A DNA stretch of 64,000 nucleotides, taken from NCBI GenBank assembly GCA_965199955.1, contig CBDATQ010000001.1, forward strand, positions 2,144,001-2,208,000. Reading direction: 5' to 3'. The position numbers and the translations under genes are program-made. This stretch comes from Spirochaetia bacterium (GTDB lineage Bacteria; Spirochaetota; Spirochaetia; SZUA-6; Bin103). Every line of letters begins with the position of its first letter. Position 1 is the stretch's first letter. Below are positions 42,311-52,358 of the stretch, piece after piece. Under the pieces are notes generated by a model. That model did not search any database, was not told the DNA's origin, and worked only from the letters and a program-made list of their open reading frames with translations.

Positions 42311-43191
42311 ATGAGAACAAGCCACTCGCCCTCGTACTGGCCCTGGCCCCTGGCCGTACCGACCCTGCTGGTCGCCGCGCCGACCGAGGAGGCAGCCGGC
42401 GCCTTGCCCGCCGACTTCGACCCTCAGAAGCCCTGGGAGGCGTTCAAGGACGAGCCGATCACCGTCAACATCTGGGTGGACGGCGGCTGGCCGTTTCCCG
42501 AGGTGACCGACAACCCGGACAGTTGACTGCGCCAGAGATGCGCGAGGACACCGGGGTCACCGTCGACCTGCGGCCCGGCGCCGGCTGGGGGCCGGAAGGG
42601 CTGAACCTGTTCATCGCCTCCGGCGAGTACCCGGACATCAAGAACACGCTGCGCGCGGCCGCCTACGTCGCCTACCTGATGTCCGAGTACTTCCAGTAGC
42701 TGCAGCAGTTCGGCGAGGAGGGCGTCCATCACGACATCGTGGACGGGTGGCCGGCGATGAAGCCTGCGATCCAGGAAGAGTACCGTGCCGACCGGACCGT
42801 GGCCGGTCTCAAGTACAACTTCAACCTCTGGCACGGCGCGTTCCGCGACGACTTCTGGGCGATGGTGAAGCGGCAGCAGGAGCAGAAGTCGATGGTGGAG
42901 GCGCTGAACGTCATACAGCCGGCGCTGGAGAACTTCCAGGACACGTCGGTGTCCGCGGAGGCAGCCCCGGTCAACTACGAGACCGACTCGGAGGAGCTGA
43001 AGATCTACTCGGCGATCCGCGAGGTGCTCGGCGACGGCGTGACCCGGATCGTCCTGCAGTCAGATGACGTGGCAGGCGATTACGCGGCACTGCTTGCGCG
43101 GGTGGAGGAGCTGGGCGTCGGCGTCCTCAACGACCTCAACACCCAGCACATGATCGACTTCGATGCGCTGATCGAGAAGTACAACTACTGA
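42311..43191 (+). pseudogene. Sugar ABC extracellular solute-binding protein remnant
   Basis: GAGGAG SD; frameshifted signal peptide; LNLFIASGEYPDI joined directly to a late-protein segment; in-frame TAG at 42697-42699; intact-looking C-terminus. Confidence 0.75.
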
Positions 43192-43242
43192 TCGGCCCAT
43201 CGCTGAGCGGACCATTTCCGATCGCCCTGTCTCCGATCGACT

Positions 43243-43273
43243 GAGCGGGCCGGCGCTGGACGCCGGCCCGCTC
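43243..43273 (+). terminator. 13-bp perfect stem-loop downstream of the solute-binding gene remnant
   Basis: GAGCGGGCCGGCG-CTGGA-CGCCGGCCCGCTC. Confidence 0.6.
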
Positions 43274-43336
43274 TCATCCTCCGGGCGGCGCGCCGCGTGG
43301 TGGCGGCAATTCCACGCACAGCGCGACGTCCACCTC

Positions 43337-44074
43337 ATGATCCTGCCGTGCCTGCTGCTGGTGATCGTCTTCAACTACCTGCCGCTGTACGGCATCCTGA
43401 TCGCCTTCAAGCACTTCAACGTGTTCAAGGGCGTGCTCGGCAGCCCGTGGGCCAGGGACGGCGGGTTCGAGCACTTCATTGACTTCTTCCAGCGCCCGAA
43501 CGTGGGCATCGTGCTCCGCAACACGGTCGCGATCGCGCTGCTGACTGGTATTCCTCTCCTTTCCGCCGGTCCTGTTCGCCATCTTCCTCAACGAGATCGG
43601 CAACCGGCCGTTCAAGCTGGTCACCCAGACGATCTCCTACCTGCCGCACTTCATCTCCTGGGTGGTGCTTGGCGGCATCATGATCACGTTCTTCCTGCGG
43701 ACTCCCGACGCGCCGTTCAATCGGCTGCTGTTCGCGCTCGGTGCGATCGAGTCGCCCACCGACGTCCTGAACCGGCCGGGCTACGTGTGGCCGGTGTTCG
43801 TCCTGTCGCACCTGTGGAAGGAGGTCGGCTGGAGCGCGATCATCTACCTTGCGGTGATCGCCTCGATCGACGCCGAGCTCTACGAGGCGGCCGAGGTGGA
43901 CGGCGGCGGCCGGCTGGTCAAGATGCTGAACATCACCTCGTCGGCATCGGCCTGGACCAGGGCCGCCACTCGTTCGCGACGGCCGTCGGGCTGATGAAGA
44001 ACGTGGTCAACCTGCTCCTGCTGCTGTCGGCGAACTGGCTGAGCTGGCGGCTGACCGGCAAGGGGCTGTTCTGA
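43337..44074 (+). pseudogene. Sugar ABC permease (LplB-like) with frameshifts and an internal deletion
   Basis: FNYLPLYG…LGSPW, QTISYLPHFISWVV, WKEVGWSAIIYLA…LYEAAEVDG and SFATAVGL are spread over different frames; roughly 48 codons missing versus the paralog at 48713. Confidence 0.85.
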
Positions 44075-44075
44075 C

Positions 44076-44260
44076 GTGGCGTCGTTACGCGTCCCGTCCG
44101 CACGCGTGCGTACGCTGTCGCCGGTCGACGCGGCCTTCAACGTCGCCGTGTACGCCGGATTCGCGCTGTTCGCGCTGCTGGTCTTCTACCCGTTCTGGTT
44201 CGTGCTCATCAACTCGCTCAACGGCATGCTCGACTACGGCGTCTCCCTGTACCTGCCGCG
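44076..44260 (+). pseudogene. Second sugar ABC permease, N-terminal fragment only
   Basis: FNVAVY…LVFYPFWFVLINSLN…LYLPR matches the N-terminus of the paralog at 49672; similarity is then lost. Confidence 0.7.
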
Positions 44261-44456
44261 GCTTGTGGTCGCGGCCGCCGTCGCAGGCGTAGACGACGTA
44301 GGAGCCGTCCTGCCGCACGCAGCAGCGCACAGTGAAGTCGGGGCTCACCGCCGGGTCGGGCCCCAGCTCCGCCACCCGTTCCAGCACCGCCCCGCGGAAC
44401 CGGACGTGCCCCCATGTGTTGAAGACATCCTCGCGATCCATGAACAGCAGCTTCAT
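44261..44456 (-). pseudogene. N-terminal fragment of an unidentified gene (MKLLFMDREDV…)
   Basis: GC3-biased ORF start divergent from the GH3 gene; collides head-on with the permease fragment. Confidence 0.45.
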
Positions 44457-44511
44457 CGGTGCCCGCCTTCATCGCGCGATCCGCGCGCCGTGATCGTTTT
44501 ATGATTGCCGC

Positions 44512-46851
44512 ATGGATGAATTGCAATCCGCGCCGTATCGGGATGCGGCGCGTCCCGTCGAGGAGCGGGTTTCGGACCTCCTGCAGCGCATGACGCTGGA
44601 AGAGAAGGTGATGCAGCTTCGCGCCGACATCGGCAGGCCGGACAAGCTCTACCGCCGGACCGATCGCGGCGTGGAGATGGGCGACAGCCTGATCGGACTC
44701 CTCTCGGACCCGCCTGTGGGCAACATCGGCCTGCTGCTGCGCGCCGACCCGTTCATCGGCATCGATCCGGAGGCCGCGCTCAGCCCGGAGGAATGCGCCG
44801 ACCTGGTCAACCAGATACACCGCTTCGTGCGCGAGCACACGCGGCTGGGCATCCCGGTGACGATCGGCAACGACAACAGCCGCTGCCACGAGGGCATGCA
44901 GGCGACGATCTTCCCGGCGGTGCGCAACATGGGCTGCACCTGGGATCGGGACCTGAACCGCCGCGTTGCCGCTGCCATCGCCGCCGAGTCGCGCAGCCGC
45001 GGCGAGACGTTGAATTTCGCGCCCGACCTGGACGTGATCCGCGACCCGCGCCTGGGCCGCAGCGAGGAGAACTACGGCGAGGACCCCTACCTGGTCGGCG
45101 AGCTGGGCGGCGTTCACTTCGTCCGCGGCCTGCAGGGCGACGACCTGCGCTCCGACCGCACCATGGCGGCGCTGCTGCGCTGCTACCCGGGCGCCGGCGA
45201 CTTCGACGGCGGACTGGACTTCTCCGACACCAGCCGCGGCGCTCACGACATGGAGGAGGTGTCGCTGTGGCCGTGGCGCGAAGCGGTGCGCGCCGGCGCG
45301 CAGGCGATCATGGTCGAGTTCGCCACCTACGACCGGGTGCCGGCGGCGGCCAGCCGCCACCTCCTCACCGAGCTGCTCCGCGAGCGGTGGGGGTTCGACG
45401 GCTTCACCATGACCGACTCCTGGGCGGTGCGCTTCATCATCCAGTGCCGGGTCGCCGGCGACCCGGTCCAGGCCGCGGCCTTGGCGCTGCGCGCCGGCAC
45501 CGACCAGGCATCGCCCGACGGCGTCATGGACGAACGGGACGACGGCGACGGGAGCACGGCGATGTACAGCGTGCTGCCGGAGGCACTCGACGCCGGGCTC
45601 ATCGAGCAGGAGGACATCGACCGGGCCGTGCGCCGCGTGCTGCGCGTCAAGTTCCGGCTCGGGCTGTTCGACGATTCGTCGGTCGACCGCTCCCTTGCGG
45701 CGTCGGCGTCGCGCACGCCTGCCCACCTGGAGCTGGCGCACGAGACGGCGCGCGCCGGCATCGTGCTGCTCAAGAACGACCTCGGCACGCTGCCGCTCGG
45801 CGAAGGGGTGCGGACCGTCGCCGTGGTCGGCCCCAACGCCCACGACGAGATGGTGCAGCTCGGTGACCTCAGCCCACCGCACCCGCCGGAGACGGTCACG
45901 ACCATCCTGCAGGGCCTGGAACGGCTGGCTCCGTCCGGCACGCACGTCCGTTACGCACGCGGCTGCGGCATCCGCTCTCTCGACCGGTCGGGGCTGGCGG
46001 AGGCCGTCGAGACCGCACGCGACGCCGACGTGGTGGTCGCGGTCGTGGGCGGCTCCAGCGCGGCCGAGCACGTGCAGGAGGACGGAGTGTGGAGCGGCCG
46101 CCGTACCTCGGAGTCCGACTGCGGGGAGAGCTCCGACCGCGCGACGCTCGACCTGCTGGGCCTGCAGCAGGAGTTGCTGGAAGCGCTGCATGAGACCGGG
46201 GTGCCGCTGGTGGTGGTGCTCGTGCACGGCCGGACCCTTACCATCGAATGGATCGCCGAGCACGCCGCCGCGATCGTCGACGCCGGCTACCCTGGCGAGG
46301 CGGGCGGCACGGCGGTGGCGGAGGTGCTCTACGGCCTCCACAACCCGGGCGGACGGGTCACCGTGTCGGTGCCGCGCCACGTGGGACAGGTCCCCGTCCA
46401 CTACTACCGCTGGATCCGCGCGGGCCGGCACCCCTACGTCGACCTGCCGACCGGGCCGCGCTATCCGTTCGGCCACGGGCTGAGCTACACGCGGTTCGAG
46501 TACGCGAATCTGCGCGTCGAGCCGGCCGTCATCCCCCCGGAAGGGACGGCGACCGTGTCCGTGGACGTCACCAACGCCGGCGATGTCGCCGGCGACGAGG
46601 TGGTGCAGCTCTACATCCGCGACGAGGTGAGCTCGGTCGCGCGGCCGTACCGGCTGCTGCGCGGCTTCCAGCGCCTGCGCCTGGCCCCGGGCGAGACCGG
46701 CACGGCGCGCATGCCGCTCGGCCCCCACGAGCTGTCCTTCCACGGGCCCGACGGCGAGTGGATCGTCGAGCCGGGGGGCTTCGCGGTGATCATCGGCCGC
46801 GACGCCGAGCACGACCTGCTCACCGCCACGCTGACCGTGCGGGACGGGTAG
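44512..46851 (+). CDS. Glycoside hydrolase family 3 (beta-glucosidase/xylosidase, BglX-like)
   Basis: MTLEEKV, TRLGIP, RDPRLGRSEENYGEDP, WGFDGFTMTD, VLLKND, YPFGHGLSYT, DEVVQLY (FnIII). The usual KHF motif reads RCY. Confidence 0.92.
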   Translation: MDELQSAPYRDAARPVEERVSDLLQRMTLEEKVMQLRADIGRPDKLYRRTDRGVEMGDSLIGLLSDPPVGNIGLLLRADPFIGIDPEAALSPEECADLVNQIHRFVREHTRLGIPVTIGNDNSRCHEGMQATIFPAVRNMGCTWDRDLNRRVAAAIAAESRSRGETLNFAPDLDVIRDPRLGRSEENYGEDPYLVGELGGVHFVRGLQGDDLRSDRTMAALLRCYPGAGDFDGGLDFSDTSRGAHDMEEVSLWPWREAVRAGAQAIMVEFATYDRVPAAASRHLLTELLRERWGFDGFTMTDSWAVRFIIQCRVAGDPVQAAALALRAGTDQASPDGVMDERDDGDGSTAMYSVLPEALDAGLIEQEDIDRAVRRVLRVKFRLGLFDDSSVDRSLAASASRTPAHLELAHETARAGIVLLKNDLGTLPLGEGVRTVAVVGPNAHDEMVQLGDLSPPHPPETVTTILQGLERLAPSGTHVRYARGCGIRSLDRSGLAEAVETARDADVVVAVVGGSSAAEHVQEDGVWSGRRTSESDCGESSDRATLDLLGLQQELLEALHETGVPLVVVLVHGRTLTIEWIAEHAAAIVDAGYPGEAGGTAVAEVLYGLHNPGGRVTVSVPRHVGQVPVHYYRWIRAGRHPYVDLPTGPRYPFGHGLSYTRFEYANLRVEPAVIPPEGTATVSVDVTNAGDVAGDEVVQLYIRDEVSSVARPYRLLRGFQRLRLAPGETGTARMPLGPHELSFHGPDGEWIVEPGGFAVIIGRDAEHDLLTATLTVRDG

Positions 46852-46867
46852 GGAGGCCGCTCCCTAC
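46848..46867. repeat. GTAG-type mini palindrome spanning two convergent stop codons
   Basis: GTAGGGAG-GCCG-CTCCCTAC; contains TAG 46849-46851 (+) and TAG 46864-46866 (-). Confidence 0.55.
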
Positions 46868-47869
46868 AGGCGGGCGTCGAGCTCGGGGAGCTTGAAGCGC
46901 ATGCTGACGATCGACTGCCGCTCGGGCCCGGGCCGGTACTTGACATAGGTGGCGACCATGAAGGTGTCGTCGGGCAGCAGCTTGATCGACGAGTAGGAGC
47001 CGTCGTGGCCGGCGTGGCTGGTCAGCAGGCGCCCGTCGCGTGAGACCCGGTGCCGGTGGCGATCGCCGGTGAGGCCGAGCGGCAGCTCGCGCGGTTCCGA
47101 CCAGGTTTCGCCCTCGTCGTCGGAGGTGATGTAGAGCGAGCGGCTGGTGTACTCCCAACGGCCGGTGTTGTCGCGCAGCAGGCAGAGGAGTTGGCGGCCG
47201 TCGGGCGATCGGATCAGCTCCGGCTCGCCGGGGATGCGCGGCGGGCAGTCCAGGGTGATGCGCCAGCGGCTCCAGGTCAGCCCGCCGTCTGCGGAGATGC
47301 TCTGCGCGATGCGGTTGCCGACGTGGCCGCTCGGCGTCATCGGCTTGCGGTTGTTCGGGTCCTCGTCGCGGCGGATGTTGGTGATTCCCAGCAGGCGCGC
47401 GCCGCCCTCGATCGGCATGATCGAGCAGAACGGCATCACGCGCTCCAGCCCGTTGGAGGCCATCGGCGTCCAGGTACGGCCGTCGTCCTCCGAGTGCGCC
47501 TGGTGCATGGTGTTCTCCGGGCCGGCACGAAGCTGGCGGCCGGCGCGCCGCGCGAACACCAGCAGCCGAGCGGTGCCGGCAGGGTCGGTCAGCCGGTAGA
47601 TGGTCGGGCAGTTCTGCACCGTCCCCCAGTTGTCCGGCACCGGCAGCAACCCGCTCCAGGTCAGGCCGCCGTCGGTACTCTTGGCGAGCGGCCCACAGCG
47701 GCCGCCGTGCTCGTAGCTGAAGGCGCAGAAATATGGTCCTGCCGTCCGGCATCAGCGCCGTGGTCGGGCTGCAGCAGTAGGTCTCCTCGGTTCCCGCGTC
47801 GATCATCACGTGTCGCTCGGACGCGCCGGACAGGTCGATCAGCGGCATCGGCAGGGCGGAGTCACTCAT
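46864..47869 (-). pseudogene. BNR-repeat sialidase-fold protein; frameshifted and internally deleted paralog of 52359-53486
   Basis: Collinear with the paralog (PLIDLS…ERHV, PTT, KSTDGGLTWS, PTIYRL, WSEPRELPLGLTGDR); shift near 47725; about 39 codons missing after DGRL. Confidence 0.85.
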
Positions 47870-48232
47870 GGATCCATCTTTCCTCGTTGATAGCGGGTGA
47901 CGTGGTCGTGAAAGGAGGTGGGCACCACGCTCGGGTCGGCGCTGCACACCGGGAAGGGCTGCAGCCGGCCTTCGGTCTCGCCGAATCCCGCAGGTAGTCG
48001 CGGGCCAGCCCGTCGGTCTCCGCAGCGCCGTTCGGCTCCGGCGTGGGCAGGTAACGCAGGTCCACGTTCCAGCGCACCGTGCGGGTGCGGTTCAGCTCGC
48101 TGCAGTGGTAGGTGAAGGTTGGAGAACACCGCCAGGTCGCCGCGGCGCAGCACCAGCGGCACCCACGCGGTGACGATGTGCAGCCGGTGCGTGGGGATGC
48201 GGGTGGCGCTGTTGAAGTACTCCGAGTGTTGC
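47866..48232 (-). pseudogene. PhyH family remnant
   Basis: Fragments HIVTAWVPLV | LRRGDLAVFSN | YHCSELNRTRTVRWNVDLRY in shifting frames; N-terminus and central part absent. Confidence 0.7.
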
Positions 48233-48712
48233 GTCGGTGACCCTCCTCACGCCTTGGGGTGTAGTTGAATCGGGGGAGCCTTCTCCGGAAGACTTCGAGG
48301 ATTGCGTCAACGCAACGTCCACGGTACTGAGCGGCGTATCGACGGACGCCATGCCGTAAGCCCGTCCGTCAGTGCCACCCCGGACGCAGGCAGGCAGCGG
48401 CCCCGCGGCCGAGATCGCTCTCGGGCATGGTGGCAGATGCCGAAGGAGAGACGGTGGCTGCGGGACGAGGACGTCGGCCGTATCGGCGGGAGCGAGGCGA
48501 CGGTGCCGGCGAGCGAGAAGGTGTTGAATGTGTTTGCTCGACGGGCAGTCCGGAGTGATGCGTCAGCGGACTCACGTGATGGGGTCGTCGGAACACGTCA
48601 CTGGGGGCGGCCCGGCCGAGTGGCAGACTGCGAAGGCGAAACTTCGGGCGCCACCGGGCAGGTGGGTGGGAAGCTTGACAGCGGTCGGCAGACGCCGAAG
48701 CATGGGTGAGAC

Positions 48713-49675
48713 ATGTCGGAGACCGGCACGTCTCTGGTGTCCGGGTACGCGCTCGGCAAACGGGGATTCGTTGCCACCTTTCTGAAGTACAAGGAGCGTT
48801 ATCTCCTCCTGGCTTTGGCGATAGTGCTGTTCTTCGTGTTCCGCTATGTGCCGATGGCCGGCCTCGTGCTGGCCTGGAAGAAATTCACCGTGTCAGGCGG
48901 ATTGTTCGGCAGTCCGTGGGCCGGGTGGACCTGCTTCGAGCGGCTGTTCACCGCTCCCGACTTCCTTCGGGTGCTGCGCAATACGGTGTTCATCAACGTC
49001 GTGCTGCGCATGGGCATCGCCTTCTTCATGCCCATCCTGTTCGCGCTGCTGCTCAACGAAATCGTGAACATGCGGTTCAAGCGCGTGGTGCAGACCATCA
49101 GCTACCTGCCGCACTTTCTGTCATGGGTCGTGGTGGCCAGCCTGATCAGGCCGCTCACCTCGGCACAGGGACCGATGAACCTGCTGGCGGAGCTGGCCGG
49201 CATGGACACGCCCATCCTGTTCCTGCAGCGGCCGGGATGGTTCCTGGGCATCATACTGGTCTCGGACATCTGGAAAGGCATTGGATGGGGATCGATCATC
49301 TACCTGGCCGCGATCTCGAGCATCGACCCATCGCTCTACGAGTCTGCCGAGATCGATGGCGCGGGCCGTATCCAGAAGATGCGCTACATCACCGTGCCGT
49401 CGATCACGTTCGTCATCGTCATCATGTTCCTGCTCCAGCTCGGCAACGTGCTGGAGCTCGGCTTCGATCAGATCTTCAACCTCTACCATCCGCTCGTCTA
49501 CGAGGTCGGTGACATCATCGGCACCTATATCTATCGCATGGGACTCCAGGACTTCCGCTACAGCTTCGCGACCGCGGCGGGACTGTTCCAGAACGTGGTC
49601 GGCCTGATCGCGCTGGTCGGGGCGAACTGGTTCGTCAAGAGGCTGGGGCACGCGGGGAGCTATACCCTGACATGA
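48713..49675 (+). CDS. Carbohydrate ABC transporter permease (LplB-like)
   Basis: FRYVPMAG, QTISYLPHFLSWVVV, EAA loop LYESAEIDGAG, YSFATAAGLFQ. Confidence 0.93.
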   Translation: MSETGTSLVSGYALGKRGFVATFLKYKERYLLLALAIVLFFVFRYVPMAGLVLAWKKFTVSGGLFGSPWAGWTCFERLFTAPDFLRVLRNTVFINVVLRMGIAFFMPILFALLLNEIVNMRFKRVVQTISYLPHFLSWVVVASLIRPLTSAQGPMNLLAELAGMDTPILFLQRPGWFLGIILVSDIWKGIGWGSIIYLAAISSIDPSLYESAEIDGAGRIQKMRYITVPSITFVIVIMFLLQLGNVLELGFDQIFNLYHPLVYEVGDIIGTYIYRMGLQDFRYSFATAAGLFQNVVGLIALVGANWFVKRLGHAGSYTLT

Positions 49676-50601
49676 GTGATGCCGCCGCCACGCCCGGGGC
49701 TTTCGCGCGGCTGACCGCGAGCCGGTCAGGGAAGCGGACGCTCGCGGACCGGTTGCTTGTGGCCGTCATCCACGTGGGGATGGTGGCGTTCGCCCTGTCG
49801 ATCGTCTATCCCTTCTGGTACCTGCTCGTCGACTCGTTCAACACGCCGGAAGCATCCATCCTGGACCGGGTGAAGCTCTGGCCCCGCGACATGACGCTCG
49901 AGAACTACGGAAAGGTGTTCGAGAGCGGGATCATCGGCACGGCCTACCTCAACTCGCTGTACAAGGCGATCGTCGGCACCGGGTCGATCCTGCTGGTGAG
50001 CTTCATCGCCGCCTTCGGCTTGGCGGACCGAACATTGCCCGGCATCAAGATCATCACATTCTTCATGATCTTCACGATGTTCTTCTCGGGCGGCCTGATG
50101 CCGACCTATCTCTGGTACAAGCAACTCGGGCTGCTCAACTCGCGGCTGGTATGGTTCCTTCCCGCGCTGGCAAACGCCTTCTACATCATCATCATGCGCA
50201 ACTTCTTCCGCGAGATTCCGGCCGAGCTCACCGAGAGCGCGACGATCGACGGCGCGACGCTGACGGACGTGCTGTTTCGCATCGTCGTCCCGCTGTCCGC
50301 GCCGGTCGTGGCGACGGTGGCCCTATGGGCGGCGGTGGCGCACTGGAACGAATGGTTCTTTCCGCTGATATTCACGCCCGAGAAGGACAAGACCCTCCTG
50401 CAGGTGCTGCTCCGCCGCGTCCTGGTGGAGAACCAGACCTCGGAGCTCGAACTGTTCGAGGAGCGCGAGGTGCGCAACATCACCGCGGAAACCGTCAAGG
50501 CGGCCCTTCTGTTCATTTCCATCGGACCCATCATCGCGGTCTACCCGTTCATCCAGCGCTACTTCGTGAAAGGCATCATGCTGGGAGCGGTAAAGGGATG
50601 A
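49672..50601 (+). CDS. Carbohydrate ABC transporter permease (LplC-like)
   Basis: FTMFFSGGLMPTY, ESATIDGA, AVAHWNEW, YPFIQRYFVKGIMLGAVKG. Confidence 0.93.
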   Translation: MSDAAATPGAFARLTASRSGKRTLADRLLVAVIHVGMVAFALSIVYPFWYLLVDSFNTPEASILDRVKLWPRDMTLENYGKVFESGIIGTAYLNSLYKAIVGTGSILLVSFIAAFGLADRTLPGIKIITFFMIFTMFFSGGLMPTYLWYKQLGLLNSRLVWFLPALANAFYIIIMRNFFREIPAELTESATIDGATLTDVLFRIVVPLSAPVVATVALWAAVAHWNEWFFPLIFTPEKDKTLLQVLLRRVLVENQTSELELFEEREVRNITAETVKAALLFISIGPIIAVYPFIQRYFVKGIMLGAVKG

Positions 50602-50698
50602 CTGCGGTGCGGTTCGGACCCATTCACGGCCATGCCACCCCGGGCTCGGGGTGTCGGCGCCCCGCAAGGGGCAATCCATTTTCCCGAGGAGGGACACG

Positions 50699-52273
50699 AT
50701 GAGAAGCGCAGTGCGACTGTGTGCGCTGGCGACGCTGCTGATGGTGGCGGCCACGCCGGTGTTCGCGGAAGGCCAGGAAGAGCAGGCAGCGGAGGAGCGG
50801 CTCACGATCTCGATGATACCGTTCACCGCCCGCGGCACGACCCTGGCGCCCGATAGCTGGGTCGAGCTCTTCCTGGAAGAGCGGTACGATGTGGACCTGG
50901 AGCCCTGGTACGACATCGACGCGTACGATGGGGAAGCCAGGAACGTGCGGATCGCGGCAGGCGATATTCCCGATTACCTGTCGGTCTGGGCAAGGAACGC
51001 GTCCTGGATCGACGCGGGCATCGTCAGGTCGATCGCGCAGGACCTGATCATGGAGCACATGCCCGGATGGATGCAGCAGGTGGAGCACTACCTGGGCGAC
51101 ACGAAGTGGCGCACCACCGTCTACGACGGAACGAACTACCTCATTCCGTCGGCGATGTCGATGGCATCGACCGGGCAGGTGATGGGCCTTCGCGCCGACT
51201 GGATGCGAGCGGTCGGCGTGGAGCCGGAGCCGGTGGCGGACCGTGAGTTCTACCGTGGTCCGGACACGATCGAGGAGATCGAGGATCTGCTCCTCAAGTT
51301 CCGCAACGAGGATCCTGACGGAGACGGACAGAAGAACTCGTACGGCTACATGGTGTGGAAGAACGGGCCCAACATGGACAGCACGATCCTGCCCAACGTG
51401 TTCGGTTCATACGGCGTTCGCCTGTTCACGTGGGACGTGCGCGACGGCAAGGGCTATTACTCCATGGTCGACCCGAATTACCGGGAAGCCCTCAAGTTCG
51501 TCAACCGCTGGTGGGAGATGGAGATCATCCATCCCGATACGCCGACCGCCGTACGCGCCGACGTGATTCGGGCGATGGCGAACGACGAATTCGGCGCCTG
51601 GTCGGAGCTGGATGCCTGGATGTCCCAGTACGAAGCGGGACCGTGGGGTGCCCTGCGGGAAGCGCATCCCGACGTGGAGATCGTCTACACGATCACGCCC
51701 GTGGGCCCGACCGGAGGGCGCGGCACCTGGTACCGCGACCCGACCGGTTCGTCCGCCGGTTTCGGGATCGACGCCAGCGACGAAAAGGTCGTGAAGATCA
51801 TGCAGATGCTGGAGGACATCTACGCGGACGCCGATGTCTACGCCGAGAACCACTATGGCGGCCGCGAGGGTGAGACGTGGGAGCTCGATGCGAACGGCTA
51901 CCGGGTCTCCATTCCCGGCACCGGATCGGGCAAGGACAGCGCCACCGGAACGATGCTCGGCGTGCGCATGCTGACGATCATTCCGCAGATCGTGGAGCCG
52001 GTGGACAAAGTCTACATCAACCCGCCGCGCCACGCCCTGCAGACCTTCCTGCAGGACAACCAGACGGTCAACCCGGGCATCGGCTTCCGGCCGACGTGGT
52101 CGGAGGAGGAACGCTCCTTGGCGGCCAACGTGCGCACGATCGAGCACGAGTGGGGCTGGAAGGCGATCACCGGTCAGGTGGACATCGACGCCGACTGGGA
52201 CAACTACGTGCAGTCGATGATGGACGCCGGACTCGAGACCCTGTTGGTCAGTCTGGCCGAGCAGGACATGTAG
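50699..52273 (+). CDS. Carbohydrate ABC extracellular solute-binding protein
   Basis: GAGGAGG SD, signal peptide ending VFAEGQEE, IAAGDIPD, RADW, FRNEDPDGDG, WDNYV. Confidence 0.9.
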   Translation: MRSAVRLCALATLLMVAATPVFAEGQEEQAAEERLTISMIPFTARGTTLAPDSWVELFLEERYDVDLEPWYDIDAYDGEARNVRIAAGDIPDYLSVWARNASWIDAGIVRSIAQDLIMEHMPGWMQQVEHYLGDTKWRTTVYDGTNYLIPSAMSMASTGQVMGLRADWMRAVGVEPEPVADREFYRGPDTIEEIEDLLLKFRNEDPDGDGQKNSYGYMVWKNGPNMDSTILPNVFGSYGVRLFTWDVRDGKGYYSMVDPNYREALKFVNRWWEMEIIHPDTPTAVRADVIRAMANDEFGAWSELDAWMSQYEAGPWGALREAHPDVEIVYTITPVGPTGGRGTWYRDPTGSSAGFGIDASDEKVVKIMQMLEDIYADADVYAENHYGGREGETWELDANGYRVSIPGTGSGKDSATGTMLGVRMLTIIPQIVEPVDKVYINPPRHALQTFLQDNQTVNPGIGFRPTWSEEERSLAANVRTIEHEWGWKAITGQVDIDADWDNYVQSMMDAGLETLLVSLAEQDM

Positions 52274-52302
52274 CGACGAGCGAGCGAGCACGATCGCTAC
52301 CC

Positions 52303-52331
52303 GGAGAGCCCTCCGCCGTGGCGGGCTCTCC
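52303..52331 (+). terminator. Stem-loop after the solute-binding gene
   Basis: GGAGAGCCC…GGGCTCTCC followed by TGTTT. Confidence 0.55.
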
Positions 52332-52358
52332 TGTTTCATGCGCACGGGAGCAACGGAA

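Noticed and set aside
48302..48709. 135-aa ORF and other short ORFs in the 48240-48710 gap
   Set aside because: No motif or clear codon bias; likely promoter region or unrecognisable debris.
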